From NCBI GenBank assembly GCA_003345595.1, contig PRDI01000030.1, forward strand, positions 1 to 10,626: a stretch of 10,626 bases of DNA, written 5' to 3'. The DNA is from Candidatus Thorarchaeota archaeon (lineage in GTDB: Archaea > Asgardarchaeota > Thorarchaeia > Thorarchaeales > Thorarchaeaceae). Under the pieces are notes generated by a model that saw nothing but the letters and a program-made list of their open reading frames with translations, was not told the DNA's origin and did no database searches. The translations under genes and the position numbers were made by a program. How positions within the stretch are numbered: position 1 is the first letter of the stretch; each line of letters begins with the position of its first letter. This document shows positions 6,201 through 10,626 of the stretch, piece by piece.

Positions 6201-7924
6201 ACTCCACTGTAGGTTTCACTCTCATTGTGGGTTATATCCCGACGAGTCTGACAATCGAAGGCGGCGTGTCATCGGATTCGGTTGTCTTCACTGAGGATTG
6301 CGAGATGACTGTAGCATACTTGCGGACAGACGTGGGACAAGAGATTGAGGAAGCAGACTTCGCCCTGACATCAGTCCCCGTTACAGGGCTCGCATGGCGG
6401 GTCACGAACATGACCAGCGGCTACCGGTTGACATTCAGGACTGAGACTGTCGGCATCTGGATGATCTTCATAACTTCAAACAAAACCGGCTACATGGATG
6501 GCTTTGTCCAGTTCGAACTTGAAGTGACGACGATCCCTTCGACCATCAATCAGATTTCATTGGTGGACGACTTGATCTACGGCAGGCTCTACAATTTCAC
6601 CTTCAACTACGTCATGAATAATGCAACAGGGATTGGAGGTGCCAATGTTACCCGTTCTGGACCGGGGGCCGAGTGGGCAACAGTGGTCGAAACTGGCAAT
6701 GGTCAATATCGAGCTACGATGGCGCCCGAAGCAACAGGAACCTACACTCTCACTCTCATGTTTGAGAAAGAAGGCTGCGACACGAAATCGTCGACACTGT
6801 CCTTCGTCGTCATCCCCGCTAGCATGAGCATTGTCGATGTCCAAGGTCTTAATGCATTGGAGGGCGAAAACACAACACTGAGTTTCGGGTTGATTAACTC
6901 GGACTCGGGGGAGCCCATAGTGGGTGCATCTGTCCAGTTTCAGATTGTCACTTCGACCGGACCCGGAGCTATGACTGCCCTTCGAGAAACTAGCCCGGGC
7001 ATCTATACGGCAACGTTCGTGATGTCGTCGTTCGGAACGTCAGACAAGATCCGAGTCTATGCATCACTAGACAACTATGAACTGGACGTGGACAGCTATG
7101 AGGTGGCTCTTAGCCCCTTGCTCAATGAGAGTGCGCAGCTCGGTCGGACGGTCAGTCAACTTAGTCCGTTCATCTTCGTCCTCTGCGTCGCCATTGTAGG
7201 TCTATCAGCCCGGAGAGCATCGCTCAGCAAGAAACGCAGGTGGAACATCAGAGCTCTGGCCACCAAGAGAAGGTTTGACGACATGAAGAGCCTCATTGGT
7301 GTCATCGTGTTGCATAAGGACAGTGGGATACCGGTGTTCTCCAAGATTCTGAAGAGTGGGCTTGATGAATCGCTCATATCGGGCTTCATAGCGGCTATTA
7401 GTCAATTCAGGTTGGAGTTTGGAGTCGATGAAAAGGAGGGGGCAGTGACACCGATATCCGATATCATCAGGGTGGTCAGAACCAAGAACCTCATATGCGC
7501 ATTCATAACACTCGGCTCCCCTACAGATTCGCAGCAGGAGAAACTCCTGCGGTTTGCGAAGTCTGTCGGACTCATGTTTGACAGCATGTATGATTCGCCG
7601 CCCACCGGTATTATTGACCGTGAACGGTGGACCCAATACGAGAAGCTATTCGACGATCTTCTCGATGGCCATCTTCTTGACGACTACAGATATGCCGAAG
7701 ATATGAAGCTGCCAAGGAGTCTTCGTACAGTCGCCAAAGCTGTGCGCCGGCTGGAGAACCCGGACAAGTTTGGTCTCGAAACCCTTGCCAGAGAGATGAC
7801 CGGCCTCGGCGTAGAGGAAACAAAGGTATACACCGAAATAGCTGATGCCATTGAGAAGCACTATCTGGTCCCATTGCCCTCGCAAACTGACGTGCGCCCC
7901 GAAGCTCCAGACCCTGTACCTTAA
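3266..7924 (+). CDS. Large single-pass membrane/surface glycoprotein: signal peptide, beta-rich N-terminal region, about 7 Ig-like repeats, TM helix, cytoplasmic longin-like domain and possible winged-helix domain
   Basis: The ATG at 3266 (MKLHKHLFLAVLCVTVSLPLVTF) gives a basic-plus-hydrophobic signal peptide; the track start is GTG 3251. There are many NxS/T sequons and ~95-100-aa repeats with GA(D/S/N)(I/V)...GxGxY...GxY (~5040-7110). TM segment SPFIFVLCVAIVGLSA is followed by RRASLSKKRR (positive-inside). The tail IGVIVLHKDSGIPVFSK...DESLISGFIAAISQF has a longin-like pattern. Confidence 0.85.
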   Translation: MKLHKHLFLAVLCVTVSLPLVTFQRNYEPAATTSIEGNAPQPIGVSGVPDTVPSQPQRTGSFVVSQDSISGTMNPVRVRHSGYQVSDMVRARTDTGTNTKRSLTIDESGGWFASQAAVEVTDSRRLYALNGTFDAGVLPWWNSTYDPSGGRQTQSATFNSTWEHVCVTNVGRYLAGTYTHYDGTEILWSQTVTNSPLVEDFSVSFEFLYESGPLDPNGDDFPFSSVYLVFYADSQPYVLDLLHDLGSRNTWYVVSDFRLNITDAPSTFDIAIGLWIYAPSGNLILSPNGDYDEDGNIDGLANAQTIDLRLDNIAFEGIYAPGFEEVDMTFHAEEMEASVTGTSTTGTATITNPSYWTTDHLQVEITSNTSISFSYKVTLLMHKYENSSWARDPSKAGVLYAMTEGGSALLTLYTYVVASYGYENVSIDIEHPSDWENVTVLDPLLNDLTSQCNVSEGAIGVPNGLLSRVGWWEIRLDCPNYAESLMAQKYNTATGEWSEGSLFRAGNKTRIHAELGTATSTPDQGQPAQISWVMPNGTIWREESIEAMINGALNGTSWTLGGQNTTAGQWMLELFWTNGTEIAYAATGFDLYHASSLTAVQSVIETEANSVITSILRYIDTDNGRYLMQDEAVIAANWSSGSVTYDPNLVRNWWEADFDTSVVGGGEFLVVVDAVQSYFDDASCQFTLRVLYETTLDVTSIGGPLATTSYLENYTVCMRYLLANSSPVNGADITLDYTGPENGLLSLGWRASGGGNYSFSLKGLVCGLYAVTVTGTKQYHYSASDTFMLMVAEANTVLNSPNGTSDLVRIGQTYRLVVHYENSSGGGLAGADVVLDSINPSSGLTCANFTYEGNGDYYADITPAVAGTYTLIMRASLYNHVEGVVSFALTAMAIPTELTISSSGASVAIDQMYTVQLLLLDDETYPVDGASITVVNPPLGLFFQDCVPLSGGRYNITIEPLQTGTYQIAFRASRENYQYSTVGFTLIVGYIPTSLTIEGGVSSDSVVFTEDCEMTVAYLRTDVGQEIEEADFALTSVPVTGLAWRVTNMTSGYRLTFRTETVGIWMIFITSNKTGYMDGFVQFELEVTTIPSTINQISLVDDLIYGRLYNFTFNYVMNNATGIGGANVTRSGPGAEWATVVETGNGQYRATMAPEATGTYTLTLMFEKEGCDTKSSTLSFVVIPASMSIVDVQGLNALEGENTTLSFGLINSDSGEPIVGASVQFQIVTSTGPGAMTALRETSPGIYTATFVMSSFGTSDKIRVYASLDNYELDVDSYEVALSPLLNESAQLGRTVSQLSPFIFVLCVAIVGLSARRASLSKKRRWNIRALATKRRFDDMKSLIGVIVLHKDSGIPVFSKILKSGLDESLISGFIAAISQFRLEFGVDEKEGAVTPISDIIRVVRTKNLICAFITLGSPTDSQQEKLLRFAKSVGLMFDSMYDSPPTGIIDRERWTQYEKLFDDLLDGHLLDDYRYAEDMKLPRSLRTVAKAVRRLENPDKFGLETLAREMTGLGVEETKVYTEIADAIEKHYLVPLPSQTDVRPEAPDPVP

Positions 7925-7933
7925 GGATGGACA

Positions 7934-7940
7934 GGAAAAG
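7934..7940 (-). terminator. Short pyrimidine/oligo-T tract after tRNA-Gly
   Basis: The minus strand reads CTTTTCC directly after the CCA; archaeal terminators are oligo-T tracts. Confidence 0.4.
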
Positions 7941-8015
7941 TGGTGCGCCCGCCGGGACTCGAACCCGGGCCGGATCCGTGGCAGGGATCCATCATAGCCC
8001 CTAGACAACGGGCGC
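7941..8015 (-). tRNA. tRNA-Gly(GCC), intronless, CCA encoded
   Basis: GCGCCCG-TT-GTCTAGGGGCTATGATG-GATCC-CTGCCAC-GGATC-CGGC-CCGGG-TTCGAGT-CCCGG-CGGGCGC-A-CCA. Perfect 7-bp acceptor stem, 5-bp anticodon and T stems, anticodon GCC, and discriminator A73 as in archaeal tRNA-Gly. Confidence 0.96.
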
Positions 8016-8041
8016 AGCGACAGAACCCGCGATGGCGAGTG

Positions 8042-8048
8042 TTAAAAA
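8042..8048. promoter_or_regulatory. Archaeal TATA box, probably for tRNA-Gly (- strand) and possibly shared with the divergent acyltransferase gene
   Basis: TTAAAAA on + and TTTTTAA on -, 27-33 nt upstream of the mature tRNA 5' end (8015) and about 21-27 nt upstream of GTG 8069. Confidence 0.55.
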
Positions 8049-8068
8049 GCTTGTCGAAGGAGGGGAGC

Positions 8069-9193
8069 GTGGAATGCAGTTTGGCACTCACAAATCAAGT
8101 GCATTTGGGTGGACCGGTAGTCCAAGAGCGTCTAGACTGGATTGAGATGGCCAAAGGCATTGGTGTGACGTTCGTTGTCCTCGTACACTCCATCATCCCC
8201 CGGATAGACCCTGTGACCATCCATCTTAGTAGCTTCACGATTCCTCTCTTCTTTGTTTTGACAGGGCTGACTTACAACAATGAAAAACACAGAACCCATC
8301 TGAGGAATCTGGCCACCTCACGAGCACGCCAGATTCTGATTCCGTACTTCTCACTCTACGTTATCATGATGGTCCTGTTCATCCCCCTGTCGCCAAGCAT
8401 CGAAACCTACCTGACTCCTGACCAGCTGCTCTTCTGGTTTCTCTACGGCAGTGGTCCTCCAGATTCCGCGACACATCTATGGTTCCTGCAAGTCCTATTC
8501 CTTGCACTGATGCTCTTCGCGGCCCTTGACAGAATCACGTACAGTCTGCCAAGAGCATTCAGATGGGTCATGTCATTACTACTGGTGCTTGCTGCTGACG
8601 TAATCTGGTCTCTCTTCCGCCCCGTCCTAGTCCCGTGGCGAATCAGCTCAGTCCTTGTTGCTGCATCAATGATGATTATTGGTAATGAGATGCGTCGACT
8701 GAGAGGTCTGAAACGTTGGAGCTATGGGTCTCGTATCAGAAACATGATTGATGTTTTACTGGTTGCGACTGTCTTGTTGACATTATCCCAGCTCAACGGG
8801 TTCACTGACATGGCAGTCGACAGATATGGGGTGAGCCTCTGGCTCTACGTTCCAGCAGGAGTCCTGGGCTCGGTACTTGTGTTTCAGGTTTCGAGTCTGC
8901 TCGACAGATTCACGGTTTCAAAGAGGGCCTTCCTCGCTCTTGGCAGCGTATCACAGGAGGTGTACGAAGTGCATCCCGTGCCTTTCTTGTTGGTGCCGGT
9001 AGCCGCCTATGCTTTCGGCATCACCCTAGCGGACAATGCCGACCTGAGTTATTCCCTGTGGCCAGCACGGTTCATACTCGGCACCGGGTTATCTCTTGTG
9101 CTAGTGAATCGTCTGATTAGAAGAAACCGTTTTCTTTCATTAGTCTTCCGCGGCACACCTCTGCACAGAGCATCCAACAGCTCCGAGCGTTGA
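8069..9193 (+). CDS. Acyltransferase family 3 (OafA/fucose-4-O-acetylase-like) polytopic membrane O-acyltransferase
   Basis: Motifs ERLDWIEMAKGIGVTFVVLVH, FTIPLFFVLTG, LIPYF, HLWFL and SQEVYEVH, with roughly 10 hydrophobic segments. The start is uncertain (GTG 8069 after AAGGAGGGG, or GTG 8099/TTG 8105). The track start at 7940 overlaps the tRNA antisense and is rejected. Confidence 0.88.
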   Translation: MECSLALTNQVHLGGPVVQERLDWIEMAKGIGVTFVVLVHSIIPRIDPVTIHLSSFTIPLFFVLTGLTYNNEKHRTHLRNLATSRARQILIPYFSLYVIMMVLFIPLSPSIETYLTPDQLLFWFLYGSGPPDSATHLWFLQVLFLALMLFAALDRITYSLPRAFRWVMSLLLVLAADVIWSLFRPVLVPWRISSVLVAASMMIIGNEMRRLRGLKRWSYGSRIRNMIDVLLVATVLLTLSQLNGFTDMAVDRYGVSLWLYVPAGVLGSVLVFQVSSLLDRFTVSKRAFLALGSVSQEVYEVHPVPFLLVPVAAYAFGITLADNADLSYSLWPARFILGTGLSLVLVNRLIRRNRFLSLVFRGTPLHRASNSSER

Positions 9194-9249
9194 ACAGGAT
9201 TGGCATCAGAGTTAAGAGATGCCTGCGGCCTCTTGCTTCTGGGTGCCTC

Positions 9250-9963
9250 ATGACCGAGAGCAAGCTCCTGAAGAGCCAGAAACGGCAGATCATGCGTGAG
9301 ATCTACGATAATCACATGCTCTTGACCGCGAAGCGCGACCGTCCTGAAGGGTGGAAGCTGCTTTCCGGACTATGGAGCCCGTTCTACATTCAGCTTCGAA
9401 TTCTCAGTTCATTTCCAAGCACTCTGAAGAAAGTAGGAAAAGCCATGTCGTTGATGCTGAAGGAGGAGGCTCCACATGTCAACAGGCTGGTTGGAGTTGC
9501 ATTTGCTGGAGTGCCAATTGCCACGGCTGTGTCCATCGAGTCAGGACTTCCTGCATGCCATACCCGAAAGTTTGTTGGTGTGACATCCGAGGATGACCTT
9601 CAGAAGGCACTGACCCAGTATGGCCAGCACTCGATGCTAGAAGGGGATGTCCAAGATGGTGATGTCCTCTGTCTGGTCGACGACCTTGTAACACAGATGG
9701 ATGCGAAGATCATGGCACGTACTCAAGTCCTCTCTGAGCTGGAGCGACGAGGAATCAAGAATGTGAAGTGTGATGATGTTGCCGTCCTGATCGACCGTCA
9801 GCAGGGGGCGGCTGAGCGTGCAAAGACTTCCGGGATACGTCTGTTCTCGTTGATCAAACTGGTTGACGAGGGGCTTCCCATGATCAAGGACCTCATGTCG
9901 GTAAGTGATTACGATCAGATTAGAGCCTACTTGGCCGACCCCAGCAAGTTCCAAGACCGCTGA
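9250..9963 (+). CDS. pyrE: Orotate phosphoribosyltransferase (divergent type I PRTase), 237 aa
   Basis: WKLLSGLWSPFYIQLR (LxSGxxSxxY hood motif), LVGVAFAGVPIAT, RK...LEG loop, LVDDLVT PRPP motif and VLIDRQQGA. ATG 9250 is preferred over TTG 9190. Confidence 0.8.
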   Translation: MTESKLLKSQKRQIMREIYDNHMLLTAKRDRPEGWKLLSGLWSPFYIQLRILSSFPSTLKKVGKAMSLMLKEEAPHVNRLVGVAFAGVPIATAVSIESGLPACHTRKFVGVTSEDDLQKALTQYGQHSMLEGDVQDGDVLCLVDDLVTQMDAKIMARTQVLSELERRGIKNVKCDDVAVLIDRQQGAAERAKTSGIRLFSLIKLVDEGLPMIKDLMSVSDYDQIRAYLADPSKFQDR

Positions 9964-10033
9964 AGGATGTGAGATATACCAGCATTCTTACAAAGGGCTC
10001 ATCTTCTCGACGTGATAGGTTGTGTCGAGCCCG

Positions 10034-10483
10034 ATGAATGAACAGAAGAGCCCAATTGACCAGATGCTGAACTTGGCGCTTGCGACAGCAATGAACCAGT
10101 ATCAGTTCTACCTTGATATCTCGTCGAAGGTGGAAACTACCAAGGTAAAGGAGTTGCTCTTGTCATTGGCAAGGTCAGAAGAGGCGCTTATCACCAAGAT
10201 TGAGTCGATGATGGCGTCCGGAGTTGTCGACGCTGTCGAGAGAGCGCGCACATTGGAAGAGGACGAGCCCGACGACACCCCATTCGATTTAGTGCAAGCA
10301 GAAACTGATCCCCGTCTGTATGTCTGCAATAGGGCATTGAAAATGACGATGAAGGGCTACACATTCTATCTGTCAATAGCTGCCAGAGCAAAGTCCGAGG
10401 TCATCAGTCGAATGTTCCGCTACTTTGCGCACATGAAAGCGGAACAGATTCGGCAGATTCGCTTCATTTGTGAGAGTCTCTGA
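10034..10483 (+). CDS. Ferritin-like/rubrerythrin-family four-helix-bundle protein with degenerate diiron ligands
   Basis: Two internally repeated helix pairs (LNLALATAMNQYQFYLDISSKVETTKVKELLLSLARSEEALITKI and CNRALKMTMKGYTFYLSIAARAKSEVISRMFRYFAHMKAEQIRQI) match the AxxxExxxxxFY...LAxxExxH rubrerythrin-type repeat in spacing. ATG 10034 is preferred over GTG 10022. Confidence 0.72.
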   Translation: MNEQKSPIDQMLNLALATAMNQYQFYLDISSKVETTKVKELLLSLARSEEALITKIESMMASGVVDAVERARTLEEDEPDDTPFDLVQAETDPRLYVCNRALKMTMKGYTFYLSIAARAKSEVISRMFRYFAHMKAEQIRQIRFICESL

Positions 10484-10572
10484 ACCCGGAACCTAGGACT
10501 GTTTCTGTTAGAACACGTGTTCCAAAGACCGACGACCTCCTTGGTGCGTAACCGAATCTTTTCACCAATACA

Positions 10573-10579
10573 TTTATAT
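10573..10579 (+). promoter_or_regulatory. Candidate TATA box for a gene starting at or beyond the right edge
   Basis: TTTATAT in an AT-rich intergenic stretch; the downstream gene is not visible in the window. Confidence 0.35.
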
Positions 10580-10626
10580 TCATTTGCTCAAATGATAGAA
10601 ACAACGGTCTGTAGAGGACTTGGTCG

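Larger units (their letters stand above)
3092..7985. mobile_element. Putative degenerate tRNA-Gly-integrated islet carrying a single giant surface-protein gene
   Basis: Intact tRNA at one end and a same-orientation 3' tRNA fragment downstream of it, the classic attL/attR layout. There is no integrase inside and the repeats have diverged at 7 of 45 positions. Confidence 0.4.

Noticed and set aside
7940-8068. N-terminal extension of the acyltransferase ORF and ORF 7646-8008 (-)
   Set aside because: These are translations of the tRNA-Gly gene and its promoter; family similarity starts at ERLDWIE.
1-10626. CRISPR array, IS/transposase, rRNA
   Set aside because: I saw no regularly spaced repeats, transposase motifs or rRNA-like sequence by eye.

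Overview
Archaeal chromosomal window, most likely from an Asgard archaeon (Thorarchaeia-like; inferred from the eukaryote-like topoisomerase IB and from a large Ig-repeat membrane protein with a longin-like cytoplasmic tail). Left to right: a minus-strand gene missed by the ORF track (ATG at 708, running off the left edge) with a Cap4/DUF4297-type PD-(D/E)xK defence-nuclease N-terminus; a degenerate tRNA-Gly(TCC)-like sequence (836-908, +); a type IB DNA topoisomerase with an intact catalytic pentad and a very long basic coiled-coil linker; a 45-nt 3'-half tRNA-Gly fragment (3092-3136, -); a ~1550-aa single-pass surface protein; an intact tRNA-Gly(GCC) (7941-8015, -); an acyltransferase-3 membrane protein; a divergent orotate phosphoribosyltransferase; and a ferritin/rubrerythrin-fold protein that appears to lack its iron ligands. 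The most striking structure is three CCA-ending tRNA-Gly 3' ends within 7 kb. The outer-left and middle copies form an inverted repeat bracketing the topoisomerase IB gene. The middle and right copies form a direct repeat (att-like) bracketing the giant surface-protein gene. No integrase is visible in the window.
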